Origin: Octopus vulgaris
Lineage: Eukaryota
Assembly: GCA_951406725.2 (NCBI GenBank)
Contig: OX597833.1
Span: forward strand, 44,082,001 to 44,146,000
DNA length: 64,000 nucleotides
Direction: 5' to 3'
Below are positions 53,101 through 64,000 of this stretch, piece by piece; the first letter of the stretch is position 1; the number at the start of each line of letters is the position of its first letter. The notes under the pieces were generated by a model. The model was not told where the DNA came from. It searched no databases and worked only from the letters and a program-made list of their open reading frames with translations. Made by a program: the position numbers and the translations under genes.

Positions 53101-55173
53101 TGCCCCTCCTTTCAGGGAGAGCCGCCACTCAGACCTAATCTGAGTTAGCTGGATCACCCTGCTCGTCACCTCACTCCAATTCTTTATCTGGAGTTCTGGA
53201 CAAAACTAAACCCCTAGCATTTTAACCAGCCCCTCCGTCCAACGCCCTACGACGTTATTGGGAGGTATCGTCTTGCCTTGCCAGGTGCCGAGTTGCAAGC
53301 CGACTGACTTATTCCAGTTAACTTTTGCTCCTGCGTCATAGCCTTTAATGGCGTTGCCTACCCTCTGTAGGTATACCATTTCGGACACTATGATGGTGAT
53401 GTCATTCGCATACGCCGAAACCTTCCCACTGCAACCTAGATCTCGTGGGACGCACTTTAATCTCTCCAACTTCCGCAGCAAGAACTCTAGAGCCAATACA
53501 TACAGAAGTGGGGAGAGAGGACACCTTTGTTGAACAGTGCTTGATGTTGAACGGCTTCAAGAAGAACCCGTTCGCCCGAACGATCGAGTCAATGTTACTG
53601 TATAAAGCAATGATCCACCCTCTACAGACGGGGCCGAACCCGAATGCTGTAAGGACCAACACCGGATACCGATGGTCAACCTTGTCAAAAGCTTTGATGA
53701 ATTTTAATTGACAGGAAAAACTATTAAAAATTAAAAGCAAACTTTTAATGGTACACCTGGGGACGAAGTAAACCCATTAGGTGTAGAAATAAGACACGAT
53801 CCTCTGCCTCCTGTGTTGGATTTCGAAAAACTGAAACCGCTTTCAATTTGCTAAGATAATTATTCGGATAAACGTTGGATTAAAAATAGCGTAAATATAG
53901 TTAAAATGGTACTACACGGAAGTGAGGTCGAGTAGTTGCCATTACGTCATTTTTATATAATTTCATTTCATTCATCCGTTTATGTTGTTTATCCCACTTG
54001 TGCTGTCTAGTCTGTCCTTGTTCGTCCCCCTCTGTATGCCCTTGTAGGCAATAGAGAAACAAGGTCAGTCAGTAGTAGAGAAAAATTTGGTGAGTTAAAG
54101 TTCTATTATTTTCTGGCGTTATATTGTTGTTTAATTGTTGTAGTGTTCCTTAAACACTTAAGTATGTGCTGTCTTGCGGCAGTTTATTTCTGCTTTCCCT
54201 TCTCATAGAAGAAGGTAGACTGAATAAAAAGAAAAGATGTCAGAAGAGGAAGATATCAGCTACCCAGAGCTGTCCTCGTCGGAACAGTCGGAGCAATCGT
54301 CGTCGTCAGAGATTTCGTAATGTACAATAGAGAAACTGAACGAGGAACGTATAATAGAGAACAAAAACTTCGCAGAAATCGCAAAGTGTAAGGAATATCA
54401 AATCGAATGGGAAAAATGGAGAAATTACATGACAATGATGAGTCGCGAAGATAGACATAATGACTACTGACAAAATAGAGAAGGCACTAAGGCCAATCTG
54501 ACAAGAGATAACGTATCTTACCGGGGGCAAGTATGGAAATGTAGAGGTGAGATTTAATGAGGCAGAAAAGGCAAAGGAGAACGCGGCAACCATTATAAAG
54601 AGTGATGAAGTGATACTATTATTTATATGTACAATAGAAGGCGTGCTTTAAAAGTTAGCGTAGAGGGAATCCCACCAGAAGTTGACGTGATCTGGATAGC
54701 AGCCACTGTCCTACATGGAAATGAGAAAGAGATAGCGGTTCTCCAGGCCACAACGACGGAAAGTAGGCATTACGAAGGCCAAACCTTAAACACGGTCATT
54801 CAAGCGTCAAAGAAAACTATTGAGAAAATGCCAGAAACGATAACGATAGATGATGTAATAATGGCCCGATTTCAATCAAATTTTCAACATAGTAAAGTGT
54901 AAGCGGATTTGTAATTTAAGCGTGGAAATGGGTTCAAAGTTTGAAAATTAAGGCAATATTTCTGAAGTTGAAAAAAATTTCTCATTTTTACGTATTTTTG
55001 CTTTTTACTTTTTATTGTTTACAGTTTAGAGATTTCATTTGCATGGTCAATCGTCGAAAACTTCACAGTACTAAATTTAACAAAGAAATCCATTTTTCCC
55101 TTATTTTTATCACTCAAATAGTGACACGTACAAAAGGCATGTGTGCTTTCCGTTTTCACTGCCTGATATTTAT

Positions 55174-56000
55174 GTTAGTTAGTTAGTTAGTTAATTAGTT
55201 AGTTAGTTAGTTAGTTAATTTGGCTCAAAAGCAAATAGCAAGGCCATGTAGGGGGACATGGAGTTTAGTACAGGGTGGTGTTCATGTAAAGAGTTGAGGC
55301 CACTTGAGGTCCAGGGAGGCTTTGAACAAAGCGGTAGTCGGCATCTTCACCATCTCGTCTGGCAGCTTGTTCCACGGATCCGCAACCCGGACGGAGAAAG
55401 CTCCTCTCCTTCGATTGAGATGAAATCGTCGCAGGTAGAGCTTCTCGGAATGACTCCGCAGCCGACGCTCTGGAGCATGAGTGAAGAACAGCTCTTTCGA
55501 GAGGTTACACTTTCCGCTTATGATGTTGTGGGCGAGAATGAGATCACCACGGCGGCGGCGTTTTTCAAGAGAATAAAGTTCGAGCGTCCTCAGCCTTTCT
55601 TCGTAGGACAAATTTTTGAGACCGTGAACCATGCGGGTAGCCAGCTTCTGGACCCTTTCGAGATGCTGTATGTCTTTGAGGAGATAAGGAGAAGAGGTTT
55701 GAATCCCATACTCCAATATGGGTCTCACCAGCGTGACATAGAGTGGTAGGAATATGGCTGCTGTGAGCATTCCGAATGACCGTCGAATCAGGAACAGAAT
55801 TCCGCGTGCTTTGTTGGCAGCATGGACGCACTGGGCCGAAGGCGAAAAGGAGGAATTCACCAAGATACCCAGGTCCTTTACCTGATCGGTCCTCTCCAGC
55901 AGCAGACGACCCGGGTCGAAATCAAGTTGAGTTGCAGGAGTAGAGCCGACAGGCAGATGACAGCACTTTGACACGTTCAGACACAGGTCCTAATCGTTGA
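55174..56000 (-). mobile_element. 5'-truncated CR1-type LINE with (TAAC)n tail, copy-B specific
   Basis: ORF 55282-55974 KDLGILV..LYVTLVRPILEYG..LERVQKLATRMV..YEERLRTLELYSLEKRRRRGDLI..WNKLP is the CR1 RT C-terminus; open frame suggests recent insertion; empty site at ~30228. Confidence 0.92.
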
Positions 56001-57079
56001 TTGATCTTTCAAAATATTTCCTTTCTCAACTTACTCAAGATCTTTTGTTTTTTTATAAATGGGAGAGAGAGAGATAAAGAAAGATAGAGAGTGAGATAAA
56101 GCGAGGGAGAGTCCGAGAGAAAGGAAGAGTAAGAGAGTGGGAAACTGAGAGAGAAAAGAGAGAGAAACAAAGAGGGAGAATGTGGTGATAAGAAACAGAA
56201 AGGAAGCAACAGAAAGTAATAACCACACCCTCACCCACGCATAGAGCGGGTCACCTTAAGTTAGTAACATATTTTTGCGATTTATTTACTTTGTTTCGTT
56301 TGTTCTATGTCCCCACAAGGGGACATAGAACAAACGAAACAAATTAAAGACATCTTCGTTGGAGCAGAATACAACTGAGTTTAGACAGCAAGAGAAAAGA
56401 GAACTACATGTCTGCATCCTGAAGGAAATTCTATGCGTTAAATAGCAGCTAAATCTCCCTGATGCCTATTCTATCGTCCTAGTAAAAGAAAGTTTCATTC
56501 GACTATGAAGACTTAGCTATAATAGTAAAAAGTCAAAAACACTAACATAATCTCTCTAATTATATCTTTTCATTTAAAAAGTATGAATAACTCTCGTTAA
56601 TATAATTCAAACCATGTCTAAAGTAAAAGACAGGGTGGTTACGGAGGGAAAATCTTCGATCATAGGTCAAAGTTATCAGGAATGATCTTAAGATCAGCAA
56701 CAGGTTTCGACTGGTTCCAGCAATTTGTCATAAAGAGAATACTTCACGAGAATGCTTCAGTTTGTCTGAATGACATACAATAGGTACTAGTTCATATTTC
56801 AGAGATGAGGAGCTTCCAGTAGAAAAATATAGAGGGTGGCAAGTCAACATAGAAATAAACAAGAACACATACTATAAAGAAAAAATTTCAATACCGGTAT
56901 AACAGATTTATATTAAACAAAATGAGAAAAGATTGATCATACTTTTCGATTGTAGCTCTGGTTAAATATATATATATAGTTAATCCAAACATGAAAACAC
57001 AAAGAGAAAACACAACAACGCGAGGACGTGGAACAAATAGAGTATTATTGGAGGCTCAGGAAGGAATGGAAGAAGGAGG

Positions 57080-57114
57080 GTTTAACATTTCGAGCGGAGC
57101 TCTTCGTCAGAAAC
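57080..57114 (-). ncRNA. minimal type I hammerhead motif inside the 200-bp repeat
   Basis: Minus strand GTTT-CTGACGA-A-GAGC-TCC-GCTC-GAAAT-GTT-AAAC. Confidence 0.55.
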
Positions 57115-57312
57115 ATAGAAGGAAAGATCCAGAGAAGGAAGACGGAGGGAAAAAATCGCTAACGGTACACACGCGGTCACAGTTTGAATGATAAACATTT
57201 TGATTTCATTTCCAATTTGGAAAACAAAACTGCATTGAAAACTAAGATAAAAACATAAATATTATGTTTCTATATATTATTTTGTTTATAATTTTTTAAT
57301 TTTTATTTCTAG

Positions 57313-57345
57313 GTACTGAGCAGAAAGCAATCAGAGACAATGCAG
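57313..57345 (+). CDS. gene B exon 4: GTEQKAIRDNA
   Basis: Identical to 31632-31664 with the same splice sites. Confidence 0.75.
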
Positions 57346-58697
57346 GTATCTTTAATCTTCTAACTTTTGCTTCTTTCAGTTACTGGATGGTGGCCATGCT
57401 GGGCTATTTTCTAATAGTCTTTGTCATACTTATTCCCGAACTGATACGTTGTGGGCATGTAAACAAACCAACACTGGTTTTCCAGTAATGGTGGGGAACA
57501 AACACTAATGTACACATCTATACATACATACATGTACACGCTACACACACTCACACACACATACATACACACAGATACCGCGCACACACAAATATATACA
57601 CGACATTCTTGGGTCAAGCATAGACCTATGCAGGGTACCTGACACCTAGTGTGACATCAGGCGCTCACACCTCTGTCAGCAGGGTATTGGTCTTAGTGGA
57701 CGTTGCACCGAGATCTGAGTGTCAAGGAAGGCCAACTGCCCAGTCGTTTTCGAAGAAGTTTTGCGCCGGGTTCCATTGATAATTTACAAAAATCCCTTGC
57801 CTGGCAGTGCTACAGAATAACATTGCCGATTCGTAATAAAGTGTACCGGCATGATATTCCCCTCAGCTGCTCTTGCCCTTGATGCACATTGCATGTGAAA
57901 GATGATGCGATTAATGTATTAGTATAGTGCTTGAGCATCGTTGATTTCTGGAGTTATGTCTACCAGCTGCAATCACTTCTCGGACGGATCTGGTTATAGG
58001 TCGACTCCAAAGTGAAGATTGCTTCCTTGCTATCCTTTGATTTTGAAGGGTAGGCAGATTTCCTCTATTAGGTGCTTATGGTGAAAGATGATGCGATTAA
58101 TGAGAAAGAGACCAAACCATCATTGACTTTTCATGTTTAAAAGGAAAGTGAGCGTGGAGAGCAAGGTCCTTTCTCCCAGTAGAACTGTTACACTGTGGAT
58201 GAATATAGCAAGAATGGCTCGAGTGAATTGTCGTAACCTAAGCGTGCCCATGTAGTTACAGAAGCATGGAGGAGAGAGAAACACAACAGTATTCCTGGTG
58301 AACAGGGGACTCAGGATTACTTGGTTACTGTGAGGTTACTTGGTTACCCTTGGGTAGCGTTTCCATTTTAATTGGGAATTTTGTTGTTTTGGTTTTCTTC
58401 TGATTATTTATTGTTTACATGTGTTTATGTAAATCTCCAATATCCTTGATTACTGTTTCTGAGGCTGCGAGCTGGTAGATTCATGAGCACGCCGTAAAAA
58501 ATGCTTGGCGGCATTTTGTCCGGCTTTCTGAGTTAAAATGCCACCGAAGTTGACTTTACTTTTCATTCTTTCAGAGTCAATGAATTAGGCACCAATTGAA
58601 TACTGGAGTTGATGTAATCGATGTCCACCTTCACCAAAGTTTTTGGTCTTGTACCAAAATTAAAATGAAATGTGCTTTTTTTTACTTTCTATTACAG

Positions 58698-58777
58698 ATA
58701 AATTATCTGATGCAAATATTATTACTAAGATTTTGAAATTTGCAGCAACACTGCTTGTTATTGGCCATTTTCATTAA
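58698..58777 (+). CDS. gene B exon 5 coding part DKLSDANIITKILKFAATLLVIGHFH* (donor at 58815)
   Basis: Homolog of 32826-32905, one G>D change. Confidence 0.78.
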
Positions 58778-60012
58778 GGATTTCGGAAAACAAGCCCCAG
58801 CAGAATCAAAAAGTGGTTAGTATTGTATTTTTCATTTTCGTTCCTTTGATTTTGTCATTCTTCTATATAATATATTTCTTTACTACCCACAGAGGGGTAT
58901 GTATGTATGTATGTAAACACAGAGGGGACAAAAAAGACAGATTAAGTCGATTACATCGACCCCAGTGCGTAACTGGTACTTAATTTATCGACCCCGAAAG
59001 GATGAAAGGCAAAGTCGACATCGGCGGAATTTGAACTCAGAACGTAACGGCAGACGAAATACGGTTACGCATTTCGCCCCGCATGCTAACGTTTCTGCCA
59101 GCTCGCCGCCGTTCTTCTATATAATATTATTGATTAAGTTTGCGATTATGTCGAAGTGGAAATGGTACACCCCTCCCACGGGACAAATGGTATGATTCAG
59201 CCACTATAAAGTGCGACAACGTCAACCAGTACGGGTAGTCGTCTATCAGTCGTTGTAGAATAGTTGCACGAGTTCTCTGTTGGAGTTAAGTATCAGTTAA
59301 GGGTTATAGTCGAGTTCGACTCAACAGTGATGGTAGGCGGTTCAAAGACGCTGTTTTGCAGAGCTATCAGCAATAGCACGATAGACGAAGCGATGTATTA
59401 CTACTCGGGTATAGAAGAGATAAACTGTATCCGATACCAGAAAAATGGCCACTATAGTAGATACAACAGCTACAGTCACGACAGGGACCACACATTATAG
59501 ATATGGAAAACACATCATAACAGCTTACTGCATTGGTTTTATTCTAAACTCATCGTGCATGCATACATACATACATACATACATACATACATACATACAT
59601 ACATACATACATACATACTTACATACATAGGTACATACATACGTGCATGCATACATACATACAAGCAACACCAGTCGTGAAGCGCTGGCTGAAGTTAAAT
59701 ACATACATACGGACATACATTCATACATATATTCTCTCTCGCTTTCACTGACACAATTACATACATAGATACACACATACATACATACATACATACATAC
59801 ATACATACATACATACATACATACATACATACATACATACATACATACATACATACATACATACATACATACATACATACATTCATATATACATACATTC
59901 ATACATACATACATACATACATACATACATACATACATACATACATACATACATACATACATACATACACGTATAATTTCTTTCTAAGTTGGCAATGCTT
60001 TCTTTTTTACAG

Positions 60013-60085
60013 GTTATTTCGAAACTTCCAAGCGAAAATTAACTCACATTTTCTCCGGAAATAAATATTTGACTACATACTATAT
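60013..60085 (+). other. gene B exon 6: 3'UTR with AATAAA (60060-60065)
   Basis: Homolog of the 34379 exon. Confidence 0.65.
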
Positions 60086-61838
60086 ATTGTGTGCCTTCTG
60101 CAGATAGTGCTTGTTGATTTCTGATAATGAAAACATATCTTAATGTGTGTTTGTGTGTATATGGGCACATATGCTCTGATACACATGAATCTAGAAAGAT
60201 ATAATAAAACAATTTTTCGCATATAAGTATACAATCTCTATCGTTTTGCAACTAGCAACTATTTTCCCTAGGTTAGGGGAAGTATAAAGAGAAATGACAT
60301 TGTTTTACGTTGACAGGTATAGTGTAGCGGAACTAAAATGGTATTGGAAAATGTGTAAAGTTTTTGAAAATTTTGGTCAATCAATCCCAATGGAATCAAA
60401 TTACAGATCAGCTAACTTTATAGTTGTAGTTGGCTTGAATGTAGGATTATATACAGCTTAGCATAAGCCAAACGTTAATTTTAATGTTGATAAATTCTCA
60501 AATCGTCCCTGTTCAATTACAATCTTTATTATTGATAGTTTCGCATATAAAATCGAGCTGGTCTGCGTCGAATGCGGGTCATTATAAGGTAGCACTCGCT
60601 AGAGTGAGATATGTAGAAAAATTAGCTATATTCAAAGTAGTGAATCAGTTAACAGCCCTTCCTGCAGGAACACTTGAATACTACAATTGGTAGACAAAGG
60701 TGTAGGTCTGGAGACGGAATAAATGAGGATATAATTAACAATAAACGTGATTGGTGAAACACGTATGTATATATATAGGACATGTGCCCTACTATGAGAA
60801 CCTAACTATTCGAACCCGCTACCTTGACTATAAGTAATAGCAAGAGAGGGGAATGATGGAAATTGAGGGATGTTAAGAAATTATAAGGAGCGAAAATGAT
60901 TAAGTAACGGAACTACAACTAGCAGCTGTATGAAAACATTAGGTAGTGGTGAAAAGTATAAGCAAAACACTGTTCACAGTAGGGAAAACAAGAATAGTAA
61001 AATCGGTAAAGGATTACGTCAGAAAAAATGATATATCCAGTATTTAACCTTGATGTATTCCCTCTGATTGCTTCCGCTTTCTTCGCTGCATTAGATAAAC
61101 TCTTCAGTAAATCTATTAGATATCATAAAACATTTTAATAGACATATCGTTAATGTGTCTTACGCAACTACCCTATTATAAAATATACCTCCAATGGAAT
61201 AATAAAATCTTACTCAACAGGTCTTTTCTAATATTTATAATTGCAATGTAAATGACTCTACAGGCTGCACATAGACCAGGAGTCGATGTATTGGTAGATA
61301 ATGTGCGAGAGAATGGAAAGTATTTCATATGTGACACCAACACAACTACTCAAGATATATCCGACGTTCGACTCAGTAGTGGTAATAGTAATAATGTTAA
61401 CAATTACAGTAATAGTCCTTTCTACAATGGTTTCAAGACCAAATCTTGTGGAAGGGGATAGTCGATTCTATCTAAGCCAGTTCTAAACTGGTTATTATTT
61501 TATCGACCCCGAAATGGTGAAAGACAAATTCGAGCTCGATGATATTTGAACTCAGAAGGTAAAAGACAAGAAATGTCGATAAACATTTGTTCCGTTGTTG
61601 TAACGATTGTGCCAACTCTCAGCATCGGCATTTATCGTATTAATGATGGTAGGAACAGCATAATATTAGTTCTAGTTATTATAATAAATGCAATTAATAT
61701 CATGAAGATAGTAGTAAAAATAGTGAAAATACTTGTGATGCTAATAGTAATGCCAGTTATGAGTAGAATAATGCAATAAAATTGGCAACTTTAGAATTAC
61801 GGATAAATATACACTGGTACTTCACCATCTCTCTCCTG

Positions 61839-61870
<32 letters not shown>

Positions 61871-62171
61871 GTCTTTCACTTTTGCTGTTTCCTACTCCTT
61901 CTTTCTCTCTCTCTCTCTCTTTCTCTCCCTCGCTCTCTCTTGCCCTTTTGCTGTTTCCTTCTCTCTCTTTCCTTTGTTCTTGTCTCTGGCTGGATAGCCA
62001 TATATCTCATCTACAGCAGCACACCTATTTCTGCTCTCATTCTTGGTCTCTCTCTCTCGCTGGGTAGCCATGGAGCTTCTCTATAGCAATACCCTATTTC
62101 TACTACTCTATTTCTTTGTAAGACACTAACCTTTCATCATCAGATATCGGGCCACCTCCTCCAATGGTTCC

Positions 62172-62219
<48 letters not shown>

Positions 62220-62450
62220 CGTTGGCGATTTTTTTTCCTCTATCTTCTCTTCTCTGGATCTTTCCTTCTCCAATGTTTTCGATGAAGAGCTCCGCTCGAA
62301 ACTTTAAGCTCTCCTTCTTTCCTTCTTTCCTGAGCGTCCAATAATACTATATTTGTTCCACGTCCTCGCGTTGTTGTGTTTTTTTGTGCTTTCTTGTTTG
62401 GATTAACTCTCTCTATATATATATACAAATAAATATATATATATATATAT

Positions 62451-63658
62451 AATTTCAACAATTGAGGGTAAAATTAATTAATTATTAATCAATTTCACCA
62501 AGTGTTCAGTATGCAAATGGACCATTTAAGGCGAATTCAAATTATTACATTATATAAAAGGGCTTAGTAAAATAAATTACTTTGCCGCATACTGAACTCA
62601 TTAGAAATAGCAGCTAAAAAACTTTTTTAAAACTATTTCTAATACTTAAAGAAAACCTCTCTCATATAGTGCTTGCTCAACTCAACTCACGAAAGTTTGG
62701 GGGTAAAGACATCAAAAAATCAAATGCAAAGGTTATTTGAGAACGTACGTTTCAAGATTAGTCAACACGACACTTCTATCATCAGCTCAGAAACTCCTTG
62801 GTTTGGATTTGAAAACACTGAAAGTGAGAGCATACCCTTTCGGCTTCTCATCGCTTTCGAAGATCTGCTCGTAACTAACAGTGCCAACAAACTCAAATAT
62901 GCAAGCGAAGAATTTCTGTTCTCCCCTTTCCACCAGCGTGGGTTAAAATCAGCAAACACTATGCTTATTTCGGTAAAATCCGAAGCATTAATTAGAGGGA
63001 GATTAATTATAATTTCAACAATTGAGGGTAAAATTAATTAATTATTAATCAATTTCACCAAGTGTTCAGTATGCAAAGGGACCATTTAAGGCGAATTCAA
63101 ATTATTACATTATATAAAAGGGCGTAGTAAAATAAATTACTTTGCCGCATACTGAACTCATTAGAAATAGCAGCTAAAAAACTTTTTTAAAACTATTTCT
63201 AATACTTAAATTAATGCTTCGGATTTTACCGAAATAAGCATAGTGTTTGCTGATTTTAACCCACGCTGGTGGAAAGGGAGAACAGAAATTCTTCGCTTGC
63301 ATATTTGAGTTTGTTGGCACTGTTAGTTACGAGCAGATCTTCGAAAGAGATGAGAAGCCGAAAGGGTATGCTCTCACTTTCAGTGTTTTCAAATCCAAAC
63401 CAAGGAGTTTCTGAGCTGATGATAGAAGTGTCGTGTTGACTAATCTTGAAACGTACGTTCTCAAATAACCTTTGCATTTGATTTTTTGATGTCTTTACCC
63501 CCAAACTTTCGTGAGTTGAGTTGAGCAAGCACTATATGAGAGAGGTTTTCTTTAAGTATTAGAAATAGTTTTAAAAAAGTTTTTTAGCTGCTATTTCTAA
63601 TGAGTTCAGTATGCGGCAAAGTAATTTATTTTACTAAGCCCTTTTATATAATGTAATA

Positions 63659-63661
<3 letters not shown>
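62451..63661. mobile_element. non-coding Penelope/retrozyme-like element: A-B-A direct repeat (560-bp period) followed by inverted B-A; copy-B specific, in (TA)n
   Basis: 62451-62650 repeats at 63011-63210; 63211-63661 is the reverse complement of ~62540-62990; absent at ~36770 in copy A. Confidence 0.8.
62738..62789 (-). ncRNA. type I hammerhead motif (inverted twin at 63412-63463, + strand)
   Basis: TGAG-CTGATGA-t-AGA...TCT-t-GAAAC-GTAC-GTT-CTCA: canonical core, 4-bp stem I, palindromic stem III ACGTACGT, short stem II. Confidence 0.65.
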
Positions 63662-63700
<39 letters not shown>

Positions 63701-64000
63701 AAATAGAGGAATTTATCTCTTAATGTTTACATATGCGAATTATTCTGTAGCCATGATAAAACTCCGAGAAAAAAAACAGGGTTCAGAGTAACAATACAGA
63801 GAAAAGGCATATGGGAGTATACAAAGAGTAAACCACGTCTATATACGCACATACAATTATGCACGCGCACACACACGCCTATATGCGACATACCCATACA
63901 CGTCTATACACTCACACACACCATTAAGGAAACTATACTCTATGAAACATTTAGAGAAAATTAGAGACCTGATTATGCGCATAAGATGGAAGGTATTATC

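Noticed and set aside
62673-63041. 122-aa ORF as a protein-coding gene
   Set aside because: TTG start, no recognisable motif, lies inside the hammerhead repeat and antisense to the ribozyme

Overview
AT-rich, microsatellite- and transposon-dense eukaryotic DNA; the SINE/LINE repertoire looks like a cephalopod (Octopus-like) genome (inference). Most ORFs in the supplied track are microsatellite or TE artefacts. The window is dominated by a ~26.6 kb tandem duplication (copy A ~11984-37120; copy B ~38570-64000, running off the end). Each copy carries an apparently intact 6-exon gene that the ORF track misses: a signal-peptide exon, two Ig-like domain exons, a 33-nt linker exon, a hydrophobic C-terminal exon and a 3'UTR exon, with all coding introns in phase 1. 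The product is a ~265 aa two-Ig-domain, probably GPI-anchored surface protein. The N-terminal Ig exon differs between the copies at 35 of 111 residues but has only 1 purely synonymous codon change, a strong signature of diversifying selection. An older, inverted third paralog (only its two last exons and flanks) lies on the minus strand at ~4.5-11.5 kb. Several (TA)n-inserted elements carry type I hammerhead ribozyme motifs with a Penelope/retrozyme-like architecture. Helitron, mariner, hAT/MITE, RTE, CR1, Tx1/L1, Penelope and solo-LTR relics and tRNA-SINEs fill the introns.
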